64,000 nt of DNA from Chrysomallon squamiferum (lineage: Eukaryota; Animalia; Mollusca). Positions 15,111 through 28,053 of the stretch are shown piece after piece (the stretch's first letter is position 1; every line of letters starts with the position of its first letter). The notes below the pieces were generated by a model that was given only the letters and a program-made list of their open reading frames with translations, was not told the DNA's origin and made no database searches. The DNA lies in the NCBI GenBank assembly GCA_012295275.1, contig CM022666.1:5890001-5954000 (forward strand), written 5' to 3'. A program made the position numbers and the translations under genes.

Positions 15111-15433
15111 ATGGTACCAGTTCGTCCAGTCATTGCCATTTCTCTTATGGTACTAAACTTCATACTCATCAGTGTCATTGTATCTGTAACATTAAAAGAA
15201 TTTCTGAACAGAGAAACCAACTTGTTGTTTGACCAGGAACTGTGTGTGAAAATCTTGTGCAAACCAGGAGAAAACTGTTGTGATGACAAATCTGCGAACA
15301 GAACCAGGAACAATACCACGTATTGCTGTTACAGAGATGGAGAAAAAGTGATCAGTGAAATTATGAAAAAGGTAAATTCTGTATCAAATTCTGAATTAAA
15401 TACATTAAATAGAAGCAAAGAAAAGGTATGAAA

Positions 15434-15465
<32 letters not shown>

Positions 15466-15922
15466 AAAAGATAAAATATTTTAAAAAATTAAAAAGAAAA
15501 TAATATTTGAATTATGAAAAGGAGAAATTAACTGTGCTGAAAAATATTTTTAAATTTAAAACTGATTATTAAGCACGAGTTTCAAAGTGGTTATTAACGT
15601 TCTTTTTAGAAACTAAGTGAAAGTCACACAAAAGCTGAGAAAAGTGGTAAGTTAACACAGACACATATATACACACAGACATACATAAAAACACAGTCAT
15701 GAAACACAGAAAACACACAAGGATACAAACACACAAAGACAAAGACAAAGACAAACAAACACAGACAGACAAAAACACAAAAAAGGCACACACACAAATA
15801 GAAACATATAACCACACATAATTTAAAATTCCACAGAAGTTTTTATAATTATGTATTTGCATGTACGTGTGTACGAGTCTATGTATGTATACAGTATCAG
15901 TGTATGGATGTGTGGGAGTGTC

Positions 15923-15975
<53 letters not shown>

Positions 15976-16964
15976 ATATATATATATATATATTTCAGAA
16001 CAGAAACTTAAACAGATCAGAGAGGCTTAATAGTCTGAATAATAAAAACAATGTGAAGACATCAGCTCATCTACAAATGGAAGTGAATGCAACATATGAC
16101 AAAAGTAAGAATACAAATAGTAGTAGCAGTGGTAGTAGCAGTAGTAGTAGAGTAGTAGTAGTAGTAGAGTACTAGTAATAGTAGTAGCAGTAGTAGTAAT
16201 AGTAGTAGCAGCAGTAGTAGTAGTAGTAGTGATAGTAGTAGTAGAGCAGTTGTACTCGGTTAAAAGATGTGATTTGGTAATATATGTGGTAGTAGTAAAA
16301 TAGAAGTAATAGTAGTAGTTCATTAAGCGTTGTCTATTAAAAGTAATAGTAGCAGTAATCATTATTATAAGTGGTGGTTGAGAATAATAGAAAAAAATTA
16401 TGATAAGAATAGTACTAGCAGTGTTACTAGTGATAATATCACTAGAAACACTAATAGTCAAAAGCAGGAGTTTGAAATAGTTGCACAAATATATTAGTAA
16501 TACTAACTATAACTGCTGACAATTTAAAATAAAAATATTATTTAAAAATCATTTATTCTTACAAACTTTTCAGACACACGGAAGCCTCTCATCAAATGGG
16601 CGTCGTCTGGTAAAGATCGTTTGTGAAAGGAGCTGCTGCTGTTGTGGCTGGCCGGGATTCAAGTCAAACCGCGCTGCTTACTACTTCATATACAGCAACG
16701 TTTTATTCCATGCCAACCAAATGAGAGAGCTAGAATACGTGGAGGCTGTGTCACTCAATTGAAAAATATCCAAATTATGTTGTACTCTACAGAAATCCTC
16801 AAACAACATGCAAAGTCTCTGAAGAAAGCCACGAAGGTTTTGTTACTTCCTACATTGGAGCTGTTTACTACCTGAAAGCCAATGACACTGTAGTGGTGAG
16901 AACATCAGTTGTGAACAGAATTTTGAGATCCTGAAAAACTTACTTTGGCCTGTATATGCTCTGA
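15111..16964 (+). pseudogene. TNF-superfamily ligand copy 1 (only + strand copy; exons 15111-15371, 15610-15646, 15999-16104, 16574-16964), disrupted by many small indels
   Basis: Exons 1-2 match copy 10. Exons 3-4 carry scattered 1-2 nt indels (e.g. gaggcttaatag vs gaggtcgctaatcg) that get denser toward the contig end, so they may be consensus errors. Ends in ...TYFGLYML* like copy 10. Confidence 0.75.
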
Positions 16965-17317
16965 AAGAAAGACACGAACATCTTGAATAAGGAACTGTTA
17001 AAGGGAGTCATGAACATTTAAAAGTTCAGTTTAAAACACAAAAGAATTATGAAATAAATAAGTTAGTTTATCAAAGTAAAAGTTCACAAATTAATTTACT
17101 GTCAGTACATTTTAATGTTAAAATTAACAGGTCACAGAATAATTTCCTCAGTCTGGTGACCTAATCAAACGATTCTTTGTCCGACTTTCTATGTGAGAAT
17201 GAGCATGTTTTGCTTATCGTTTGACTTTGACAACTTTTCACTTCACAATAGAGTACGTTAGACTGGACCAAATCAAACGAAAACAGTTTCAATGATATTC
17301 CACGTGTCTTCCTCCTT

Positions 17318-17517
17318 NNNNNNNNNNNNNNNNNNNNNNNNNNNNNNNNNNNNNNNNNNNNNNNNNNNNNNNNNNNNNNNNNNNNNNNNNNNNNNNNNNN
17401 NNNNNNNNNNNNNNNNNNNNNNNNNNNNNNNNNNNNNNNNNNNNNNNNNNNNNNNNNNNNNNNNNNNNNNNNNNNNNNNNNNNNNNNNNNNNNNNNNNNN
17501 NNNNNNNNNNNNNNNNN
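17318..17517. other. Scaffold gap (200 N)
   Basis: Run of exactly 200 N. Confidence 0.99.
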
Positions 17518-18284
17518 TCTTCGTACTTTGGATGTTGTTTGAGGATTTCTGTAGAGTACAACATAATTTGGATATTTTTCAATTGAGTGACACAGCCTAG
17601 CGTATTCTAGCTCTCTGACTTGGTTGGCATGGAATAAAACGTTGCTGTATATGAAGTAGTAAGCAGCTTCTTTGACTTGAATCCCGTCAGCGACAACAGC
17701 TGCAGCTCCTTTCACAAACGATCTTTACCAGACGACGTCCATTTTAATGAGAGGCTTCGATTATTGTCTGAAAAGTTTTTAGAACAAATTATAATTAAAT
17801 AATATTTTATTTTAAATTGTCAGCAGTATAGTTAGTATTACTAATATATTTCTGCAACTACTTCGACTCTAACGATACTAGTGTTTCCTAGTGATGGTAT
17901 CATTAGTAACACTGCTTTAAATACTATTGCTTATCATAATTTATAATTATTCCCGAACCATAACTTATAACGGTGCTGCTTTACTTTTGTTGAACAACGT
18001 TTTTAAATAGCTACTACTATTACTTCTATTTTAGTACTACCGCATATATTACCAAATCATCTTTTGACCGAGTACATCTGCTCTGCTACTATCACTACTA
18101 CTACTACTACTGCTACTACTATTACTACTACTGCTACTACTGTTTGTTTTCTTGCTTTTGTCATGTGTTGCATTCACTTCCATTTGTAGATGAGCTGATG
18201 TCTTTACATTGTTTTTATTATTCAGACGATGAGCGACCTCTGATCTGTTTAAGTTTCTGTTCTGAAATATATATATATACACAT

Positions 18285-18319
<35 letters not shown>

Positions 18320-19157
18320 CACTCCACACATCCATACACTGATACTGTATACATACATAGACTTCGTACACACACGTTACATGCAAATACATTATTATAA
18401 AATCTTTTACATTTTTTAATTATGTGGTTATATGTTTCTATTTATTAGTAATATTACTTTGCCCTTTTTGTCATAATCTGTGTTTGTTGTCTTTAATCTT
18501 TGTGTGTTTGTATCCTTGTTGTGTTTTCTGTGTTTGTCTGACTTTATGTTTTTATATTATGGTGTATATATGTGTGTCTGTATTAACTTACCACTTTTCT
18601 CAGCTTTTGTATGACTTTCCTCAAGTTCTAAAACAATGTTAATAACCAATTTCAAACTAATAGTCACAATAATCAGTTTTAAATTTATAAAAATATTTTC
18701 AACACTATTAATTTCTCTTTTAATAACTCAAATATTATTATTTCATTTATAGTGAATTTAACTTTTATTATTTTTTATAGAGGATTTACCTCTTTCATAA
18801 TTTCATATCTCAAAAACATTTTTTTATTCATTTAATATATTTATGGAATATAAGTTTTAGAATTAAATACAGAATTTTCTTTTTCATAGATTTCCTTATC
18901 ATACTTTTTTCCATCTCTGTAACAGCAATACACATTGGTTGTGTTCACACCCCAAAAGTTCTATTCATTAGATTTATCATCACAACCGTTTTTCTCCTGG
19001 TTTGCACAGAGATTTTTCACACTGAGTTCCTGCTCAAACAACAAGTTGGTTTCTCTGTTCAGAAATTCTTTTAATGTTACAGATACAATGACAAAGATGA
19101 GTATCAGATTTAGTACCATAAGAGAAAATAGTATTAGCAGGAAGGAATTGACTTCAT
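17518..19157 (-). pseudogene. TNF-superfamily ligand copy 2 (3' end lost in gap; many indels)
   Basis: ATG at 19157. Exon 3 ~18156-18261 has a GC donor. Exon 4 runs from ~17767 into the gap (…DGIQVKEAAYYFIYSNVLF…TTSKVRR). Numerous private indels lie next to the gap. Confidence 0.7.
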
Positions 19158-19211
19158 TTTGTGTAACAACTTTTAAATTCCTTTAGAAGTAATCTGCAAA
19201 ACATGACAAAA

Positions 19212-19255
<44 letters not shown>

Positions 19256-20337
19256 ATTATTAGCAATAAATACACACTGTTTGGAATGCTGCTTGATATA
19301 ATTTGGATATTTTGTATTGAGTGACACACAGACACACACATATACCTACTCTCTACACATTGCATCGTTTTCGAAAGCTGCCGTCTAGGAGAAAGTCGAA
19401 GACATGTTTGTACATAAATAACTGATGTTGCAGTGACACGGTGACACAGCTAGCAGGTTCTGTACTATCGTAAAACTGTATATCGATCGTAAAGTGCGAT
19501 TCTGATAAGGGCTAAAGCAAATGCACAATATATCCATCATCTTCCATCCAGTCTACCCAATTTTCATGCCCTTCTCCACAAAAACAACAACAACAATAAA
19601 ATAAATAAATAAATTAAATAAAAAGGATCCAAATAAAATGATGCTTTCTGTCTCTTCTGTGGCTGTCATTATTTACGCATGAACAAGTTATAATTTTATG
19701 TAATATATATAATCTACAATAAAGTAAAATATTTACCTACTGGCTACCTAAAATTCGGCTGCCAGTCTTCATTCAGTCATGGTTAAAACAAATTCTCTAC
19801 TTTCTCTGCTTCCAAATTAAGGGGCTGTGTTCTCACAAGCGTTTTTGAGCTTACCATATTCTAAAATGGTAAAGAGATGAAGCATGGGTTTGTTTCGAGG
19901 AATGGCTTTTGACTGGCTATAATGACGTAACATCTGCTGTGTTTGGTTTTATTGATTTTTCTTCTGTCATATTTATTTATTTTAACATGGATTTCAGGTT
20001 AACATATACTCATTAACTTATACTATGAATAAAATGAGCAAAGTTGATACCTGTGTAGTTTTGGTGTTTTGTTCATAAATAAACTACATATTATAGTTAT
20101 TACTAGTATAGTTGCAGTAGTAGTAGTAGTAATAGTAGTAGCTGTTATTGTTGTTGTTGTCATTGTCGTTATTGTTAAGTGGCGATAAAATGTACAGATT
20201 ACAAATGTAAAGAATTTCCAGCCAGGATTTATTATTACAGGGCCAGGAATATAAAATGTCTCAAGAAGTATCTACCTGTAACGAAAAGAATCCTCTGTTT
20301 GTAAATGTCTTGTCATGACTGTGATTCAGTCTGCGAA

Positions 20338-20380
<43 letters not shown>

Positions 20381-20617
20381 ATGGCCGAATAATGACGAAC
20401 AAGATCAATGAATGAATGAAATAAAATTGAAATAAATAAAATAAAAAAATAAAAATGAGATTAATAAAATCAAATTAAATGAAAATCAAAAAATGATAAA
20501 AATAAAATAAATAAGAATGAATTTTTAAAATAAAATAAATAAATAAATAAAAAATAAAACATAATAATTTAAAAAGGTAAAAGTAAAGTAAAATAAAATA
20601 AAACGAAAATAAATAAA

Positions 20618-21623
20618 TTAATAAATAATAAATAAATAAATAAATGTTGTCTGAGGATCTCTCACAATTCTGTTCACAACTGATGTTCTCACCACTACAG
20701 TGTCATTGGCTTTCAGGTAGTAAACAGCTCCAATGTAGGAAGTAACAAAACCTTCCTGCTTTCTTCGTACTTTGCATGTTGTTTGAGGATTTCTGTATAG
20801 TACAACATAATTTGGATATTTTTCAATTGAGTGACACAGCCTAGCGTATTCTAGCTCTCTCATTTGGTTGGCATGGAATAAAACGTTGCTGTATATGAAG
20901 TAGTAAGCAGCGTGTTTGACTTGAATCCCGTCAGCGACAACAGCAGCAGCTCCTTTCACAAACGATCTTTTACCAGACGACGTCCATTTGATGAGAGGCT
21001 TCGGTGTGTCTGAAAAGTTTGTAAGAACAAATTATAATTAAATAATATTTTTATTTTAAATTGTCAGCAGTTATAGTTAGTATTACTAATATATTTGTGC
21101 AACTACTTCAAACTCCTGCTTTTGACTACTAGTGTTTCTAGTGATATTATCACTAGTAACACTGCTAGTACTATTCTTATCATAATTTCTTCTATTATTC
21201 CCGAACCACCACTTATAACGAAGTGATTACTGCTACTATTACTTTTAATAGACAACGTTTTAAGTAACTACTATTATTACTTCTATTTTACTACTACCAC
21301 ATATATTACCAAATCACATCTTTTAACCGAGTACAACTGCTCTACTATTACTATCACTACTACTACTACTACTACTGCTGCTACTACTATTACTACTACT
21401 GATACTACTATTACTAGTACTCTACTACTACTACTACTGCTACTACTATTACTACTACTGCTACTACTATTTGTTTTCTTACTTTTGTCATATGTTGCAT
21501 TCACTTCCATTTGTAGATGAGCCGATGTCTTTACATTGTTTTTATTATTCAGACGATGAGCGACCTCTCTGATCTGTTTAAGTTTCTGTTCTGAAATATA
21601 TATATATATATATATATACACAT

Positions 21624-21662
<39 letters not shown>

Positions 21663-22487
21663 TAGACACTCCCACACATCCATACACTGATACTGTATAC
21701 ATATATAGACTCGTACACACCTACATGCAAATACATTATTATAAAAACTTTTGTGGAATTTTAAATTATGTGTGGTTATATGTTTCTATTTGTGTGTGTG
21801 CCTTTTTGTGTTTGTGTCTGTCTGTGTTTGTTTGTCTTTGCCTTTATGTGTTTGTATCCTTGTGTGTTTTCTGTGTTTATGCGACTATCTTTTTATGTAT
21901 GTCTGTGTGTGTATATATGTCTGTGTTAACTTACCACTTTTCTCAGCTTTTGTATGACTTTCACTCAGTTTCTAAAAAGAACGTTAATAACCAATTTGAA
22001 ACTAGTCCACAATAATCAGTTTTAAATTTATAAATATTTTTCAGCACTATTAATTTCTCCTTTTCATAATTCACATATTATTATTTCATTTATAGTGAAT
22101 TTAACTTTTTATTATTTTTATAGAGAATTTACCTCTTTCATAATTTCATATTTCCAGAAAACATTTTTTTTATTCAGTTAATGTATTTATGGAATATAAG
22201 TTTTTAGAATTAAATACAGAATTTACCTTTTTCATAATTTCACTTATCACTTTTTCTCCATCTCTGTAACAGCAATACGTGGTATTGTTCCTGGTTCTGT
22301 TCGTAGATTTGTCATCACAACAGTTTTCTCCTGGTTTGCACGAGATTTTCACACACAGTTCCTGCTCAAACAACAAGTTGGTTTCTCTGTTCAGAAATTC
22401 TTTTAATGTTACAGATACAATGACAAAGATGAGTATCAGATTTAGTACCATAAGAGAAATGGCAATGGCAGGAAGAATTGACTTCAT
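20618..22487 (-). CDS. TNF-superfamily ligand copy 3, 265 aa, with the last beta-strand replaced by microsatellite-derived FIYLFIIY
   Basis: Exons 22227-22487 (261), 21935-21971 (37), 21483-21590 (108) and 20618-21009 (392), all with GT-AG, form an uninterrupted frame. Native sequence ends at ...DPQTT (~20646), then reads into an (ATTT)n tract. Confidence 0.7.
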
Positions 22488-22540
22488 TTTGTGTAACAAC
22501 TTTTAATTCCTTTAGAAGTAATCTGCAAAACATGACAAAA

Positions 22541-22571
<31 letters not shown>

Positions 22572-23662
22572 ATATTATTAGCAATAAATACACACTGTTT
22601 GGAATGCTGCTTGATATAATTTGGATATTTTTGTATTGAGTGACACACAGACACACACACGCATATACCTACTCTGCACATTGCATCGTTTTCGAAAGCT
22701 GCCGTCTAGGAGAAAGTCGAAGACGTAATTGTGCCAGTAACTGATGTTGCAGTGACACAGTGACACAGCTGTAAAGGTTCTGTACTATCGTAAACTGTAT
22801 ATCGATCGTAAAGTGCGATTCTGATAAGGCTAAAGCAAATGCACAATATATCCATCATCTTCCATCCAGTCTACCCAATTTTTCATACCCCTTCTCCACA
22901 AAAACAACAACAGCAACATAAAATAAATAAATAAATTAAATAAAAAGGATCCAAATAAATGATGCTGTCTCTTCTGTAGCTGTCATTATTTACGCATGAG
23001 CAAGTTATAATTTTATGTAAATATATATAATCTACGAAATAAGTAAAATATTTACCTACTGACCTAAATTCGGCTGCATCAGTCTTCATTCAGTCATAGT
23101 TAAAACAAATTCTCTACTTTCTCTAACAAATTAAGGGGCTGTGTTTCTCACAAAGCGTTTTTGAGCTTACCATATTCTAAAAATAGTAAGAGATGAAGCA
23201 TAGGTTTGTTTCCGAGGAATGGCTTTTGATTGGCTATAATGACGTAACATCTGCTGTGTTTGGTTTTATTGATTTTTCTTCTGTCATATTTTATTTATTT
23301 GCTGTGGATTTCGGAGTTAACGTATACTCATTTAACATACTATGAATAAAATGAGCAAAGTTATTACCTGTGTAGTTTTGGTGTTTTGTTCATAAATAAA
23401 CTACATATTATAGTTATTACTAGTATAGTTGCAGTAGTAGTAGTAGTAATAGTAGTAGCTGTTGTTGTTGTTGTTGTTGTCATTGTCGTTATTGTTAAGT
23501 GAGCGATAAAAATGTACAGATTACAAATGTGAGAATTTCCAGCCAGGATTTATTATTACAGGGCCAGGAATATAAAATGTCTCAGAAGTATCTACCTGTA
23601 ACGAAAGAATCCTCTGTTTGTAAATGTCACTTGTATCATGACTGTTGATTCAGTCTGCCGAA

Positions 23663-23701
<39 letters not shown>

Positions 23702-23964
23702 ATGAGCGAATAAACGAACGAACGAATCAATGAATGAATGAAATAAAGTGAAATAAATAAAAATAAAAAATAAAAATGAGATTAATAAATCAAATTAAAT
23801 GAAAATCAAAAAATGATAAAAATAAAATAAATAAGAATGAATTTTTTAAAATTAAAATAAATAAATAAATAAAAATAAAACATAATAATTTAAAAAGGTA
23901 AAAAGTAAAGTAAAATAAATAAACGAAAATAAATAAATTAATAAATAATAAATAAATAAATAAT

Positions 23965-24863
23965 GTTGTCTGAGGATCTCTCAAAATTCTGTTCACAACT
24001 GATGTTCTCACCACCAAGTGTCATTGGCTTTCAGGTAGTAAACAGCTCCAATGTAGGAAGTAGCAAAACCTTCCTGGTATCTTCGTACTTTGGATGTTGT
24101 TTGAGGATTTCTGTAGAGTACAACATAATTTGGATATTTTTCAATTGAGTGACACAGCCTAGCGTATTCTAGCTCTCTGACTTGGTTGGCATGGAATAAA
24201 ACGTTGCTGTATATGAAGTAGTAAGCAGCTTCTTTGACTTGAATCCCGTCAGCGACAACAGCTGCAGCTCCTTTCACAAACGATCTTTTACCAGACGACG
24301 TCCATTTGATGAGAGGCTTCGGTGTCTGAAAAGTTTTTAGAACAAATTATAATTAAATAATATTTTATTTTAAATTGTCAGCAGTTATAGTTAGTATTAC
24401 TAATATATTTGTGCAACTACTTCAAACTCCTGCTTTTGACTACTAGTGTTTCTAGTGATAGTATCATTAGTAACACTGCTAGTACTATTCTTATCATAAT
24501 TTATAATTATTCCCGAACCACCACTTATAACGAAGTGATTACTGCTACTATTACTTTTACCAGAACAACGTTTTAAATAACTACTACTATTACTTCTATT
24601 TTAGTACTACCGCATATATTACCAAATCACATCTTTTGACCGAGTACATCTGCTCTACTACTACTATCACTACTACTACTACTACTGCTACTACTATTAC
24701 TACTACTGCTACTACTATTTGTTTTCTTACTTTTGTCATATGTTGCATTCACTTCCATTTGTAGATGAGCTGATGTCTTTACATTGTTTTTATTATTCAG
24801 ACGATGAGCGACCTCTCTGATCTGTTTAAGTTTCTGTTCTGAAATATATATATATATACACAT

Positions 24864-24911
<48 letters not shown>

Positions 24912-25727
24912 TCCCACACATCCATACACTGATACTGTATACATACATAGACTCGTACACACGTACATGCAAATACATTATTATAAAAACTTTTGTGGAA
25001 TTTTAAATTATGTGTGGTTATATGTTTCTATTTGTGTGTGTGCCTTTTTGTGTTTTTGTCTGTCTGTGTTTGTTTGTCTTTGTCTTTGTGTGTTTGTATC
25101 CTTGTGTGTTTTCTGTGTTTATGCGACTTTATGTTTTTATGTATGAGTGTATATATGTGTGTCTGTATTAACTTACCACTTTTCTCAGCTTTTGTATGAC
25201 TTTCACTCAGTTTCTAAAAACAATGTTAATAACCAATTTGAAACTAGTCCACAATAATCAGTTTTAAATTTATAAATATTTTTCAGCACTATTAATTTCT
25301 CTTTTAATAACTCAAATATTATTATTTCATTTATAGTGAATTTAACTTTTTATTATTTTTATAGAGAATTTACCTCTTTCATAATTTCATATCTCGAGAA
25401 AACATTTTTTTTATTCATTTAATATATTTATGGAATATAAGTTTTTAGAATTAAATACAGAATTTACCTTTTCATAATTTCACTGATCACTTTTTCTCCA
25501 TCACTGTAACAGCAATACGTGGTATTCTTCCTGGTTCTGTTCGTAGATTTGTCATCACAACAGTTTTCTCCTGGTTTACACGAGATTTTCACACACATTT
25601 CCTGCTCAAACAACAAGTTGGTTTCTCTGTTCAGAAATTCTTTTAATGTTACAGATGCAATGAAACTGATGAGTATCAAGTTTAGTACCATAAGAGAAAT
25701 GGCAATGACAGGAAGAATTGACTTCAT
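23965..25727 (-). pseudogene. TNF-superfamily ligand copy 4, 3'-truncated and frameshifted
   Basis: Exons 25468-25727 (1 nt short), 25177-25213, 24731-24838, and exon 4 from 24325 (2 nt short at its start). Carries the shared -1 change giving KANDTWW* (stop 24008) and the shared truncation at ~23965. Confidence 0.75.
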
Positions 25728-26561
25728 TTTGTGTAACAACTTTTAATTCCTTTAGAAGTAATCTGCAAAACATGACAAAATAAATAAATAAATAAATAAA
25801 TATTATTAGCAATAAATACACACTATTTGGAATGCTGCTCGATATAAGTTGGATCTTTTTGTATTGAGTGACACACAGACACACACACGCATATACCTAC
25901 TCTGTTTGCACATTGCATCGTTTTCGAAAGTTGCCGTCTAGGAGAAGGTCGAACACGTATTTGTGCCAGTAACTGATGTTGCAGTAACACAGTGAGTCAC
26001 CAGCTGTAAAGCTTCCTGTAAAGCTGGTTCCGTACTATCGTAAACTGAATACTGATCGTAACGCTGACTGTGTAATTAACAAACTGTGACAATTGATTAT
26101 AACATATATGTCCATACAGGACAAATATAAACTATATATAATATCAAACATCCACTATGAACACCAAAACAAAACACAATATTTATATTACAAAGATAAT
26201 TATTTATTTTACACATTAAAATGAAATATTATAATTCTTAAATCTTTTGATTTGAAAATGTTGTGATTGTAGCCTATAATCCTTTTAACAATTTGGTAGA
26301 AAACACGTATAGTCCTCTAATCCTCGGACATGGTGCATACCGTAGTAAAAAGAAAGTCTATTTGACCACTAAGAATCTACTCAGTGAAAACTCGCAAGTA
26401 CATAAAGTATGTCCCTCCATTTCTCACCGTTTCTGCGACGGACACGCCCGCTGACCTGTCAGAAAGTGTGCCTGTCGTAGACGTGCTTCACAACAGCTCG
26501 CTCTGATTAGCATGTTAATTTTTTTTTTTTTTCAAGGTTCAAGATTTCTCACATAAGAACC

Positions 26562-27101
26562 ATGGCTGAGTTAAGACATTCAGAATTTGTTACTTCATCG
26601 AGAGGCACTCCACAAATTCTCCTCGATGGATTCCTGTACAGCAAAGAGTACAACCGGACAGACAGCACAACACTGGAGATGCCTCAGCAAGACTTGCAAG
26701 GGAAAATGTTCAACAGTCGGTGACGTTCTCAAGGAATATCTAGTTCACACCACACCTATCACCAAGAAGATGTCAACCATGTCAGGTTTCTCAGTGCCAT
26801 GCGCACGAAAGCAAGGGAGGAAACAACGCAGATGCACACGATGTATGCCAACCAACTGTCAACACAAGATCCCACTCATCTGCCGACCCTACCCTCCTTT
26901 AGCAGCAAGAGCAGCGCTCTCTACAGGCACCGCAGAAAGACCATCCCTCTATTACCCCAGACCAGAGCCAAAGTAGATCTTGAAGATGACTGGACCAGGA
27001 CCACAGATGACGAGCGCTTCCTTCTGTTCAGTGACGGGGAAGAGAGAGAGAACAAGATTTCGCCTTGTTCACATGTCAGCAGTTACGAGCCCTTCAAATA
27101 A
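26562..27101 (+). pseudogene. FLYWCH / Mutator-like transposase fragment (second copy)
   Basis: Same sequence as 12436-12976 in the opposite orientation, with an extra frameshift; polypyrimidine/AG acceptor-like tract just upstream (26517-26536). Confidence 0.7.
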
Positions 27102-27771
27102 AATAAAGACAAAAATAAAAATGAGATTAATAAATCAAATCAAATGAAAATCAAAAAATGATAAAAATAAAATAAATAAGAATGAATTTTTTTTTAAATT
27201 TAAATTAAATAAATAAATAAATAAATAAAAATAAAACATAATAATTTAAAAAGGTAAAAAGTAAAGTAAAATAAATAAATGAAAATAAATAAATTAATAA
27301 ATAATAAATCAATAATGTAAATTAAAATAAAAATAAATATATAAAAATATAAATGTGATAAAAATAAAATAAATAATTAAAACAATAAAATAAATGAGTA
27401 AATCATAAAATTTAAATAAACGAAAATGAAAAAAAAATGATAAAATGTAAAGTACAATAAAATTAATTAAATAAATAAATGAATTTCAGTAGACTATTAT
27501 GGATACTCAGTCTGTTGAAACTTTGTTTGGTTAGAAGTTCAAAGTGAGAAGTGGACTGCATCATAAACAAAAAAATAGACAACTACATGACAACAACATT
27601 AGAGACTCAAAATAGTCCAAAACACCCCACCAGTATTTTGGAAACTTATATATTTACTTATTTAAGCACCCAACCATTAAAAATAATAAAAACGACAACA
27701 ACAGCAATAATAATAATAATAACAACACTACTACTACTACTACTAATAATAATAATAATAAAAATTACAAG

Positions 27772-27856
<85 letters not shown>

Positions 27857-28053
27857 TTACAACAACAACAATAATAATATTAGTTATCTATTCGCATTCT
27901 GATGTTACCGTTCAATTCAAAGCTGGCAAATTCTTTTCTGGTATTTAGTTAATCCGTCAATTACTCTGAAAGGTTCTTCAAATTGTTGATGTCATAATTA
28001 ACAGTAAACTGGATACTGTGTTAATTCAGTTTTGATGAATAGCAAAATGTAAT

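Larger units (their letters stand above)
10161..17317 (+). repeat. Inverted segmental duplicate: 10161-13290 is the reverse complement of ~26250-29461 (and of 42680-44942 in part); 13220-17317 is the reverse complement of ~59900-64000
   Basis: Mirror-image ORFs in the track (10659+ vs 28716-; 11169- vs 28264+ and 44654+; 14052+ vs 62953-; 14810+ vs 62195-), confirmed by direct comparison of the sequence. Confidence 0.9.

Noticed and set aside
15999-19157. Treating the dense indels in copies 1 and 2 as genuine ancient pseudogenisation
   Set aside because: The indels are private and concentrated at contig ends flanking the gap, consistent with low-coverage consensus error; left unresolved.
23790-24017. 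Long hydrophobic ORFs (also 33692, 36948, 40182) as separate membrane proteins
   Set aside because: These are the out-of-frame remainder of TNF exon 4 reading into an AT-rich tract, starting at a non-ATG codon.
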